A stretch of 64,000 bases of DNA from Histomonas meleagridis 2922-C6/04-290x (lineage: Eukaryota; Protista; Parabasalia): positions 30,986 to 94,985 of the forward strand of contig JAANOX010000203.1 of NCBI GenBank assembly GCA_020184695.1. The letters run 5' to 3'. This document shows, one piece after another, positions 22,623-33,193 of this stretch; position 1 is the stretch's first letter; each line of letters opens with the position of its first letter. A program made the position numbers and the translations under genes. A model generated the notes under the pieces. It was not told where the DNA came from. It did no database searches and was given only the letters and a program-made list of their open reading frames with translations.

Positions 22623-23996
22623 ATGAAGACGCCCCCAATATTATTGCAACACGCAAACTCTGAGCGCGTATCTTTATTCTTCAAGTATTTTCTTGATATT
22701 TTGATTTTAATTTGTACATTTACTAATCTCTATTTATACATTCAACAACTTTTAAAGACCGAAGTACATATCACAATGAATGCAATGACATCAGAAGAGC
22801 CAAGTATCATTTCTATGGATTCTTTCTCGTCGATTGAATACACATCAAAAGAACTTGAAGATGCGATTAACCAATTACACTTACCAACATGGTCACGAGC
22901 ATATGTTCCATGTACTTCCGAAAAGAGCGAAGTTACATGTTCACAAGTTGTTCACTCATGGCGAGTTATTCAACAATGGGTTAATTATATTGGGGAAATT
23001 CCGTATCAAAACAGAAAATATATTCATATATTACATTGTAGTAATGGGTTAGGCAATCGTATTGGCATGGACGTCGTTATGTTCTTATTAGCTGTGATGA
23101 CGAATCGAAGCATTGTCATCGAAGGGAATCATTTGTATCAAGGGAAAGTCATCACAGATCATGGAAGTGCTTATGACTTTTCATATCCGGTCATCCATCT
23201 TACGAATGAAACGCAACAAATTCTTTCGGCACGTAACGAGTTTAAAATCGAGACACTTAATGACTTTCATTCGATTAATTTCTTTAATCATTCGAACGAA
23301 ACTTTTTATCTTCGCGATCTCTTATTTTCGTCAATGATATATGTCCATTATCAATTATCAGATTTTGCACTTCGACATTTCGGAATGCATTCGATATATT
23401 TCTTAACAAACTTCTTGATTAAGTATAGCGATGACAAATATAAATACATATTTGAGCTATATAAAAACATACCAAAGAACATTCGGATATTTGGTATCCA
23501 TTTAAGGTTCCAACAGCCCGGACACTTCTTCACATATGGAATTGACCATAACATGCGAACATTAGTCCCGTTCTTGAATGACCAACTGAACAAAAGGCCG
23601 ACGATATTCGCGTTCACTTCGGACAGTAAAGAAATGGAAACGGAATTCCTGAAAGTCTACGGAAATAACACCATTCTAACAAACACAATTAAGAAGCCCG
23701 ACTTCGATCATGACTCGCCGCAAGTGGACGTGCTGTTCCTGATGTACGCAGACCAATGTTTGCTCACGTTTCGTTCTTCGTTCTCGTTTTTGGTAATGGC
23801 GTCGACTTGTAAGAGAGGCTACTTCATAGAAAAGGAATCGCCCGGTATATTTAGAATGGCAAACTCGCAAGCGGGCGCAATATCAGCGCTCTATCATAGA
23901 CGGGATTATAATGATTGGCAAACTACAAGAAGATTAGTGCTCAATGATATGAACGAGAATTGCTATAGATATTATTTCAATTACTTTTTGATTTGA
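22623..23996 (+). CDS. Fucosyltransferase-like glycosyltransferase (GT11/NodZ-like)
   Basis: TM anchor; NGLGNR, GIHLR, FTSD and TFRSSFS motifs typical of alpha-1,2/1,6-fucosyltransferase folds. Confidence 0.65.
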   Translation: MKTPPILLQHANSERVSLFFKYFLDILILICTFTNLYLYIQQLLKTEVHITMNAMTSEEPSIISMDSFSSIEYTSKELEDAINQLHLPTWSRAYVPCTSEKSEVTCSQVVHSWRVIQQWVNYIGEIPYQNRKYIHILHCSNGLGNRIGMDVVMFLLAVMTNRSIVIEGNHLYQGKVITDHGSAYDFSYPVIHLTNETQQILSARNEFKIETLNDFHSINFFNHSNETFYLRDLLFSSMIYVHYQLSDFALRHFGMHSIYFLTNFLIKYSDDKYKYIFELYKNIPKNIRIFGIHLRFQQPGHFFTYGIDHNMRTLVPFLNDQLNKRPTIFAFTSDSKEMETEFLKVYGNNTILTNTIKKPDFDHDSPQVDVLFLMYADQCLLTFRSSFSFLVMASTCKRGYFIEKESPGIFRMANSQAGAISALYHRRDYNDWQTTRRLVLNDMNENCYRYYFNYFLI

Positions 23997-24777
23997 TTAA
24001 AATTATATGTATGATGTTGCTGCATGTGGATATGTAAAAAAGATGTTGTTAGGAATTGTAAAATGTTTGATTCTTTGCTGGGGGTGTGGCAATTTGGCGT
24101 CAAACGATCAAAATATATTTCCACTATTTTTTAAGGTAAACCTAACATGCAACGATAAAAACCGATTCAAAAAGTGAAATCCACGATTAAAAACAAGGCG
24201 AAAAGGTGTTCATTTGAATACTTTACATTTCTAATATAAAAATCATTTTTTTGCGAAATTTCGCTCTTAAGTTTTTTTTTGCTCCTACGATATTTTTTAA
24301 TCCTAATATAATCATACATTTTATACATTAAAAGATAAAAATTAAAAGCATAAATCAGGAAAGATTGCTGATAAATGTTGTATTTCTAAAAAAATTGAGC
24401 ATTGTATTTGGCTAGAATTCTAGGCCTAATGTTTTTAATATATATATATATAACCTAGCTATTAATAGAACTTTAATAGAAAAAGAAAAAAAAAATGTCC
24501 CAAACCAATTTTCATTTCTTTCGAATGTGCGTTATTTTTTATAATTTTTTGAAATTGATGAAGATAATGATAAACTTCCTCATATTGTTTTTAGTGTTTT
24601 AAAAATTGCTGATGTGCGTGTTTTGATAAACTTTTCAGTCAAACATAGCCAGATCCTCTTTATGCCTAAGAATAAACTTATTAGTTATATCTCTATTATT
24701 TCTTGTGCCTATAATTTTTATCAAAGGACAACTGGTAAAGGAAAAAAAATCACATAATCCCTCATTTTTTACTAAAA

Positions 24778-26343
24778 TTGCTTCCGACTTTTTGTGTTCA
24801 AAATTATCGTATTCGATTAACTATGTTCGTTGGAAGTCTTGATAACAGTTTATATGAGAATATCATGAAACTGAAATTCAAAAGTTCTCCTCTCTCTCAT
24901 CAGCAAAGAATCAAAAACTTGTCAAGCCCAATTGATGATGATTCTGATTCTTTATATTGTGGTACCTCTGAAGAACTCATTCACAAAAAAAATTATTTGT
25001 TTAAGAATCTCAAAAACAAAATAGATAGTATCCCACAAATTGCTGATATAGATCAAAGGGGAAATGTTTTCCAGGAAATAAAAGATATGTTTCACAAAAT
25101 GAATAAGTTTGAATCTTATAATTGCCATATAACATCGGAAGAATTCTTTTATATATTTCGGCTGCGTGCATATCCAGAGCTAGAAGAAGGCGTTTACGTC
25201 TTTCTCAATGGGGTAATTCATAATAATCCTTTAATTGCAAATATTTTTATTGAAAGTTCTATGGCAAACATTCAAGAGTTTGTTAATATGTATCGATCGC
25301 CGTTTTTCGGTTGGCAGTGTGAAATGATTAAGAATCTACTTAATTCTGGCCAAATCATATGTGATAGATTAATTACATTTGGTTTATTTGACAATCTTCA
25401 ATCTGGTTTTTTAGCATCTTTAAGCCTTGGTCCCAACGAAAATACAATTGATTACTGGATAAATTTATTCATTTTATTTGAATTAATGATTCGACATTGT
25501 TCATATAACGAAATTTTATTCCAAAACATCATTGATTTATGCAAGAACGTAATTAATCCAGGTTTTTTAGTTGACAAATTAATTGGAGTTATTTCTAAGT
25601 CATTAGATTGTTTAACTTGTATTCTCCACAAATGCCCAAGTCTCAAAAGTGAAATTTCACCCGTTCTTCCACTTTTTGAGGAGGCTCATCAAAACGGGGC
25701 ACCCCTTTTTTATGACGACCGTTTGTTACAATCATTTCTCAGAATAATTGAGATATTTACAAAACCTCCGGAGCCATATGATTTTACACAAACAAATCTT
25801 CTATCAATTTTATTTCAAAAGACATTTGAAAGCAAAGTTTTCTCAGAAGCTAATGCCTATAGGAATCGAAGTTTATTTTTGAATATTATTAGTTATAGTC
25901 TTCAATCATATCCGAATACATTAGACTTCATACTTAATAATAATATATTAATTATAAGTTTTATCTTATTAGAAAAAGGTGATTTATCATGTAAAGAGTC
26001 TTCTGGTGTTTTATTTTCTCGATTATGTGATCCATCAATTTGGGAACAAATTTCCGATTTTTTTGCAAATAATAATGTAATTATTGAACTCGCAAACCAA
26101 TTACTATTAAACATTAGTAAAGAATATTCGTTGACTATTTTGTTGGGGTTTAAAAGCATCGTTTTCCAATTAGCGAAAAATGATTTTTTGGAAAACAATC
26201 CAATTTTCGAGCAGTTCTACAACGATGTGTTCGAAAGTATCTTCAACACAATTGGCGATTTTGAAGACGAAGAAGTAGAAGAAAGTTTTAGAGAATTGGT
26301 GCAAATGATCAGAAATAATGACCCAAACTATTTAGCTAACTAA
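24778..26343 (+). CDS. Helical-repeat (ARM-like) hypothetical protein
   Basis: 521-aa intact ORF with Leu/Ile/Phe helical pattern; no catalytic motif recognised. Confidence 0.45.
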   Translation: MLPTFCVQNYRIRLTMFVGSLDNSLYENIMKLKFKSSPLSHQQRIKNLSSPIDDDSDSLYCGTSEELIHKKNYLFKNLKNKIDSIPQIADIDQRGNVFQEIKDMFHKMNKFESYNCHITSEEFFYIFRLRAYPELEEGVYVFLNGVIHNNPLIANIFIESSMANIQEFVNMYRSPFFGWQCEMIKNLLNSGQIICDRLITFGLFDNLQSGFLASLSLGPNENTIDYWINLFILFELMIRHCSYNEILFQNIIDLCKNVINPGFLVDKLIGVISKSLDCLTCILHKCPSLKSEISPVLPLFEEAHQNGAPLFYDDRLLQSFLRIIEIFTKPPEPYDFTQTNLLSILFQKTFESKVFSEANAYRNRSLFLNIISYSLQSYPNTLDFILNNNILIISFILLEKGDLSCKESSGVLFSRLCDPSIWEQISDFFANNNVIIELANQLLLNISKEYSLTILLGFKSIVFQLAKNDFLENNPIFEQFYNDVFESIFNTIGDFEDEEVEESFRELVQMIRNNDPNYLAN

Positions 26344-26967
26344 AATGTATTTGAAAGCAAATTTTATTTTTTTGTTATTCGATGAATATTTTCTTTTGTA
26401 AATTAAATTTGATTTTAACATTTATAGTTAAATAAAAAAGAAAATGAATAAAAATTTAAATTCTATTTTCCAAAAGTATCTACATGTTATATAATATTAA
26501 GTTTTCGGTCTGTCGCTCGATTGTGTGCTTTACTCATACGATATACTTCTATGTAATTTGATCACTTCAGATACAAACTGTATAAATATGTAATTAATAA
26601 TATATTATATTTCAAATAATTATTGAATACAATATCTTATATAAAAATATTATAATATAATAATGAGATAATTATTTAAATTTATTAAAAAAAATATCTT
26701 TCATATAAAATTATCATTGTCTTCATTTTGCTTCATCTTTAAATCCTTCAAAACAACTTTAAGTACTGTTGTACTTCGGGGATACTTGTTATAATTCTGA
26801 ATATTGAAATGAAATAAATGATTTTTTTCATGTATTAATCATTAGCAAGTGTTGTTAAAGTATTTTATAATATGTTAACTAATTGAAGTTCATTAAAAAT
26901 TGTTTTGCATGAATATTTTACTTAAAAGAAGAAGTAATCACCGGATATATCTCTAATAAGAAAACAT

Positions 26968-28851
26968 TTATTTATAAATGCATTTTGCTTGTGGCGCGCG
27001 AAGTCTCTTTATGATCACTGGGTCATTGTAGTCGAATGGCTCTGCAGGGAACTGCACGTTCATTGCTGCCTGTTCGAAAGCCTTTTTCAGCAGCATGTGC
27101 TGGTTTCTGTTCAATGGAATAATTGTGGTCTCCAAAAACGACAAATTTACTTTGAATTGCTTCATCTTTGCGATGACATATGACGACGCTTGATATAATG
27201 AGACGCCGTTCAATGCAAGGATTTGTGTCGGATGAGAATAAAATGCCTTTAAAAGGACTTCTAGTAAATTTTGGAGAGACCGGACAACATCTAATGAGAT
27301 CGGAGGGGTGCCAACAGGCGGAGGTTTTTCCTTATTTTGTTTTGTAAATTCTGATAACGAAAAGTTTCCTTCAAACATTGGGAAACGCTTCGAAAATAAG
27401 CTCCGTTCTTTAAGGTAGTTATTAAGTGGTGTGACTGGAAGTGCGGGTAAAGATGTTAATACTCGTATTCCTTGTATGCCACTTTCATATGAATAATGTA
27501 ATATGAAGTTAGTGAAGTTTGGACATTTGATTGATAAGGTAAACAAGGTTGTGTTTAAATCAAGGGAATTCATTTGAAGAAGTTCATGCCATAATTGTTC
27601 TGGTTTGGCTTGCATCATAGAAACATAATCAGGTGTGTCTTCTTTTTGTGGCTCAACTTTGAAGATTTCATTAATCATGTCTTCAATTGTTACATCGAGA
27701 TTGATTACGTTTGGTTGAGTTGTGGTAACGGTTTCGTTATCGTCTTCGGCAAAAACAAACTCTGTGAATTCTTTTGAATCGACTTTGGGTATTGTCGCCG
27801 GAATTTCTGAAGTTTCAGTTTCGCCATCGTCCATTTCAATGTCACTTTCGTCACTTTCGAATTCTTTAAACGGTGGTTTGATGCTGAGCAAAAGTTTTAC
27901 ATAACCACTAACATCAAAGCTAGCATTATTTTGTTGTGGATAGATTGCTTGTGCTTGTGCCTGTGCTTGATTTCTTTGTTGAGTTGTGTTCTCACCAAAA
28001 ACAAAAAAAATTTGTTGAAGTATCTGATTAGCATCTGGCCTTTGTTGCTGATCTTGCCGAAGGCACTGTGAAACAAGGGAAACAAAAAATTCATCAACTT
28101 GCCAAGTTTGATTCCATTTATAATCAGTTTTGAGAATTTGAATATTGGTTGCATTTGGAAAAGCATCAACTAATGTGCATAACCTAAAGAGAAGACAGCC
28201 AAGGCCCCAAATGTCTGATTTGGTGCCAATCGTTTCTCCACGAAATAGGTCAACCATTTCTGGAGAACGATATTCAATTAATGTACTTTGATCAATATCT
28301 TTAGATGCCTTCATCCTCTCATCTGCTTCTTCTGTATGGAAAATAGTGGTAGTTGCTGAATAAAATTCACATATCTTCCAAGAACCTGAAAATAAAAAAA
28401 TATTATCGGGACTAAGGCCACGATGAATAACAGGTGGTACATGCTCGTGCATATATGTTACTGCCTTGACGATGTCTGAAAATATGGAAACAATATCTTT
28501 GTTTGAAAGGCCAATTGATTGAAACTTTGAAAGGTAATTGTTTAAAGTACCAGAGCAAGGTTCCATAAGAACATATATTTTTCCTGTTTCATAAGAAACT
28601 GAATGTATTTGAGCAATGTTTGGATGTGATAACTTACTTTGTAATTCAATGCTGAACTTCATTTTGTCGTATGTTTCAAAATCATCAATTGTGTAGATTT
28701 TTAGTAAATGTTGTGATTTTTGGTTATCGATACAATTGAAGCACTTGCAAAAAATTGAATCTGAAATCTTTTCTTGTATTGTAACTTGAATATCACCAGA
28801 TCTGCAAGTACCTCCTGAAACATCATGCGAAGAGTTTCGTGACCTTTTCAT
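26968..28851 (-). CDS. NAK-family (AAK1/GAK-like) kinase, probable pseudokinase
   Basis: PPVIHRGLSPDN, CEFYSATT, YRSPEMVDLF, KSDIWGLGCLLFRLC; HRD and DFG motifs altered. Confidence 0.75.
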   Translation of the reverse strand: MKRSRNSSHDVSGGTCRSGDIQVTIQEKISDSIFCKCFNCIDNQKSQHLLKIYTIDDFETYDKMKFSIELQSKLSHPNIAQIHSVSYETGKIYVLMEPCSGTLNNYLSKFQSIGLSNKDIVSIFSDIVKAVTYMHEHVPPVIHRGLSPDNIFLFSGSWKICEFYSATTTIFHTEEADERMKASKDIDQSTLIEYRSPEMVDLFRGETIGTKSDIWGLGCLLFRLCTLVDAFPNATNIQILKTDYKWNQTWQVDEFFVSLVSQCLRQDQQQRPDANQILQQIFFVFGENTTQQRNQAQAQAQAIYPQQNNASFDVSGYVKLLLSIKPPFKEFESDESDIEMDDGETETSEIPATIPKVDSKEFTEFVFAEDDNETVTTTQPNVINLDVTIEDMINEIFKVEPQKEDTPDYVSMMQAKPEQLWHELLQMNSLDLNTTLFTLSIKCPNFTNFILHYSYESGIQGIRVLTSLPALPVTPLNNYLKERSLFSKRFPMFEGNFSLSEFTKQNKEKPPPVGTPPISLDVVRSLQNLLEVLLKAFYSHPTQILALNGVSLYQASSYVIAKMKQFKVNLSFLETTIIPLNRNQHMLLKKAFEQAAMNVQFPAEPFDYNDPVIIKRLRAPQAKCIYK

Positions 28852-29319
28852 CTGTTTTCAAATAGGGTCCAAACAATTGCTTAAAAAAATTGAATATTCA
28901 ATTCAAGATTTTCTTAGACATTTTGGATCAATAAGTTCTATCGTTAATAACTTTTGAAAGGATCGTTCATTTATTCAAATGTTTGCCTTTTTGGCAAATC
29001 AGTCCTTGACTTGGATAATTTCATTAAAATAAAATCGACCCTACAAAATTAAATGACCTTCTAGCCATTTTTTTAAAATACTCTTATATAAGAGATTTTA
29101 TAAAGTTAGATTTTACAAATCATGATGAGAAAAATCTTGATTTAGCTCATTAAACTCAAAGATAGTTTCTATTGTGATTCCAGTTCAGGCTTTAGTTCAT
29201 TATACTGTTATACAGTATATTATTTTAAGCAAGAACGAATAAAAAAATTTTATCGAATGTCACTTTTTGGATAAAATAAACTATTGAATGCCAAAATTAA
29301 CGTACGAAAATTAACAGTT

Positions 29320-32300
29320 ATGAAAGAAACAACAAAGAAACTGAAAGAAAATATTACAATACTTCAACAATTCCAAAAAATTGTTTTTGAATTAACAGAA
29401 AATAATATTGATGATTCGGCCAAATTTTTAATGGATTTATTTGATTCACAATATATTCATTCTTGCAATTACATTGTATATAACCTAATATATTCTTCTT
29501 TTATTTCTCAAAGCAAAGACTATAATATTTATTTTTCTCTACTAAAAACAATTGATAAGTTAGAAAATAATAAAAACAATGTCTTACATTATTTTTCTGT
29601 ATATATTTTTGAAGAAAATTCTAAAGAAGCACTTTATCTGTTTGAAAAATTAGTTGAACAGAAATTAATACGTTTAAAATCGTTCTTTACTAAAAAAATA
29701 GCAGCTAATAAGAAAAAATATTTTTTATTGGTGCATCATTTATCAGATGAACAATTTGATAATAACTTTTATCTTTTATTTGGTTCTGAATATTATAATC
29801 GTTTGAAGCAAATAAAAGAGAATAATTGGGAACTTCATAAACAATTAATAGAAGAAGGTGTTAATCCGAATGAAATCCCAAAAATAATTCGAAATGATGA
29901 AATAGAAAAACTTCAAGAAATAACATCACAAACAAATTTTGTTTTTAATCAAAAAATTAAACAATCAATTTATGAAAGATGTTCATTTATTAATCAGGAA
30001 AATGTTACATTAATTGATTATGCAGCATTTTATGGATCAGTAAAATGTTTTAAATATTTACTTATGAATGGTGCAAATATCGAAAATACAGGTGAATATG
30101 CAGTTGCTGGTGGAAATTTAGAGATCATTCATTTATGTGAACAAAATCATTCAGCATTTATAAATGGATATGAAACTGCAATTAAATATCACCGAAATGA
30201 TATTTTCCATTATCTATATGAAAACACAATTGATAAAAATTTTGATGTAAAAGAACTAATAAAATCATGTATCAAAAATAATAATTTCGAAATTCTTAAC
30301 TTTTTATTAGATGAAAATGTATGTATTGATAAAAATATTATTCAAGAAATTATAAAAAGTTCCAACATATTTCTTATAAAGAATTTTGATCCAAAGGAAT
30401 TAATTAAGTATTCATCCCTTCCTAATGCTTGTAGTACAGGGAATATAACATATGCAAAATATCTTCTTAAAAATATGAAAATTGATATTAATGCTCAAGG
30501 TATTAATTTGTTTTATTTTGTATTTGTTTTAATAATATGAGATATCTAAATAACATTTGGAAATTATTAAAATTATTTAAAACAGTACTCTTTGATGCAA
30601 TAGAATCTGGTAAGACAGAAATGGTCAAATTGCTTCTTAAACAAAAAGGAATTGTTCTCAATAATAAAATAGTCAATTTATTTTAATTAAAATTTGTTTT
30701 GTCAATTTTTGAATATTTTAATATAATATTTGGAATTTGTTCAAAATTTTTCAAAATGAACTTCTATATGCATCATTTTATGGTAAATCAAAAATAGTAA
30801 AACAACTTCTAAAATTTAAAAAATTTGATATAAATTATGCAGATGTTTATTTATTATATAAATTGTTTTTTTCCAATAATTTAGAATTTGCATGTGGTTT
30901 TTGGTATTTATTGTGATCATTTGAAACATCCCTTATGATTGCATCAAAATATGGTGAAGTATCTACAGTTAAAACTCTTCTTAAACATAAAGGAATTGAT
31001 GTTACCTCAAAAAATATTAATTTATTTTGTTTATAGTTTATTTCCTTCATACATTGTTTTTTATGAAAAAATGGAATTTATTTTGAATATATGAAAGCGC
31101 ACTAATATTAGCATCAATTAATGGTTATATTGAAATAGTTAAATTACTTCTTGAACAAGAAGGAATTGATATTAATGAAGAAAAATTTTTGATAATTTTG
31201 TTTGATGTTTATATTATTAATTTTGGATTTCAATATCATTTTTAAAATTTCTCAAAATATTATGAAAATTCTCTTTTTTGGGCGTCTAAAAATGGCCATG
31301 TTGAAGTTGCTAAATTTCTTATTAAAAACGGAATTGATATTAACCATAAGAGTGTTATTTTATTAATATTAATATTTGTTTTATATAATTAATTTTTTAG
31401 AATAACAAATGGAATATATTTAATCTATATGTAACAGCACTAATGAATGCATCTTATAATGGGTATATTGAAATTGTTCAAATACTTCTTAATGAAAAGG
31501 AAATTAAAATCAATGATACTGATCTTAAATTTTTGTATTTAATATTTATTAATTAAATTTTATATTTTATAATTTAATTTGGTATTGATTATAATAATTT
31601 TGGACTGCATTAATGTTAGCATCATTTAAAGGAGATGTTGAAATAGTATAGGGTGTTCAAAAAGTCCTGACCCCCCCTCCTATTATGGGCTGTGATTAGT
31701 TTATAAATAAAATATTCATATAATATTAAAATATAGTTAATGAAGATCTTATATATGTGAAATATGTGATTTTTGATTAATTGCATATCGAGAAAAATTT
31801 AATTTAAATTTTGGTGACGCAAAAAATTTGAGAAGAACCGTCACTTTTTTTCATGGATGCCGTCGAACAAAGATTCATTATTAAATTTCTCTTCCTCTCA
31901 GGAAAAAGATACAAAGCCATATACAGAGAAATGTTCACTGTCTTGGGAAATAATACAGTTCATATAAGTACAGTCAAAAGGTGGTGTAGAAAATTCAAAA
32001 ATGGTGACTTTTATGCCTTGATGAGGAACGTACGGGGAGACCCCCATCTGATCTTGTTCATCCAATTTCAAAAATTCTTCAAAAGCAACCATTTATTTCA
32101 GCCCGCTTAATTGCAAAGCAATTATCAGTGACTCCAAATACTGTATTAAAAGTTCTTTATGAGGACATGGGGTTGAGGCGCTTCACTAGGAAATGGGTCC
32201 CCCATGATTTGACGGAAGAACAAAAATTGGAAAGAGTCGATATGTCAAAATCAATTTTAAAAATATTAGAAAAAGCGGAAAAAAAAAAAAATTTCATTAA

Positions 32301-33154
32301 TATAATGACTGGGGATGAGTCATGGTTTTATTTTAATTATCAAAGTTATTATATGTATGCAGCATCACGAGATGAAGTGCCAACCCGTACCCAAAAAGAA
32401 AATTGACAGTGAAAAATCATGCTGACAATGTTCTTCAATGGAAATTCCCTATTATGCATTGATTTTTCTACCAAAAGGCAAAAATATAATCAACGCTATT
32501 TCATCGATAATATTATTGAAGAAATAATTAAAAATACAAATGAGGATGAGGATCAATTGGACTTAGATCAAATGATGATTCATATGGACAATTGTAAAGT
32601 TCACAAAGGAAATTTAGTTCAACAAAAATTAAATCAAATAAAGCTTAAATCCATTCCGCACCCACCTTATTCTCCTGACATCAGCCCATGCGACTTTTGG
32701 TTATTTGGTTATTTAAAAAAATATTTGGAAGATAAAGAGATAAAAATCGAAACATCAATTAAAAACTCAAATTTTAACGGCATGGGAACACGTCAATTTT
32801 GAAGAGCTTCAAAGCGTGTTCTTGGAATGGATCAAAAGATTGAAGTGGATAATAGAAAACAATGGAGAATACTATATCACATAAATAAACAAGAATATCT
32901 AAAATTGTTTATTCATTGAGATAGGAGGGGGGGTCATGACTTTTTGAACACCCTATAAAGTTACTACTTAATCAAAATGGAATCGATGTTTCAATCAAAG
33001 ATATCCATTTGATTTCATTAAAGATTAATATAATTATTTAAATTTACTCAAAAATATTTGGATTATATTCCAAAATTTTAAAACAGCTCTTATTCATGCA
33101 ACTGAAAAGAATCATACAGAGATTATTAATTTACTTCAAAATAATGGAAAATAA
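29320..33154 (+). CDS. DUF3447-like plus ankyrin-repeat gene; C-terminal repeats separated by about 80-nt non-coding spacers; mariner inserted in one repeat
   Basis: Open 29320-30501, then stop-free ANK modules at 30582-30671, 30755-30844, 30926-31015, 31096-31185, 31267-31353, 31434-31523, 31604-31648 plus 32958-33002, and 33083-33154 (ends GK*). Confidence 0.75.
31649..32955 (+). mobile_element. mariner transposon, 1307 bp
   Basis: 35-bp TIRs TAGGGTGTTCAAAAAGTC(C/A)TGACCCCCCCTCCTAT (31649-31683, 32921-32955); TA duplication at 31647-31648 and 32956-32957; removal restores the ANK codons GTA AAG (EIV-KLL). Confidence 0.95.
31853..32884 (+). pseudogene. mariner transposase, frameshifted
   Basis: WVPHDL, TGDESW, HMDNCKVH, HPPYSPDISPCDFWLF, GEYY*; about three frameshifts. 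Confidence 0.92.
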
Positions 33155-33193
33155 CATACTCAATTTTAATTAAATTTAAAATATTCAGACAAT

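Noticed and set aside
30500-31437. Canonical GT-AG introns as the explanation for the 80-nt spacers (frame-restoring 86-nt GT...AG exists at 30500-30585 and 31352-31437)
   Set aside because: It works for only 2 of 14 long spacers; the AG comes from Thr-Ala/Val codons (ACA G), splicing there would delete the ANK hairpin, and no trichomonad branch motif is present. Not fully excluded for those two copies.
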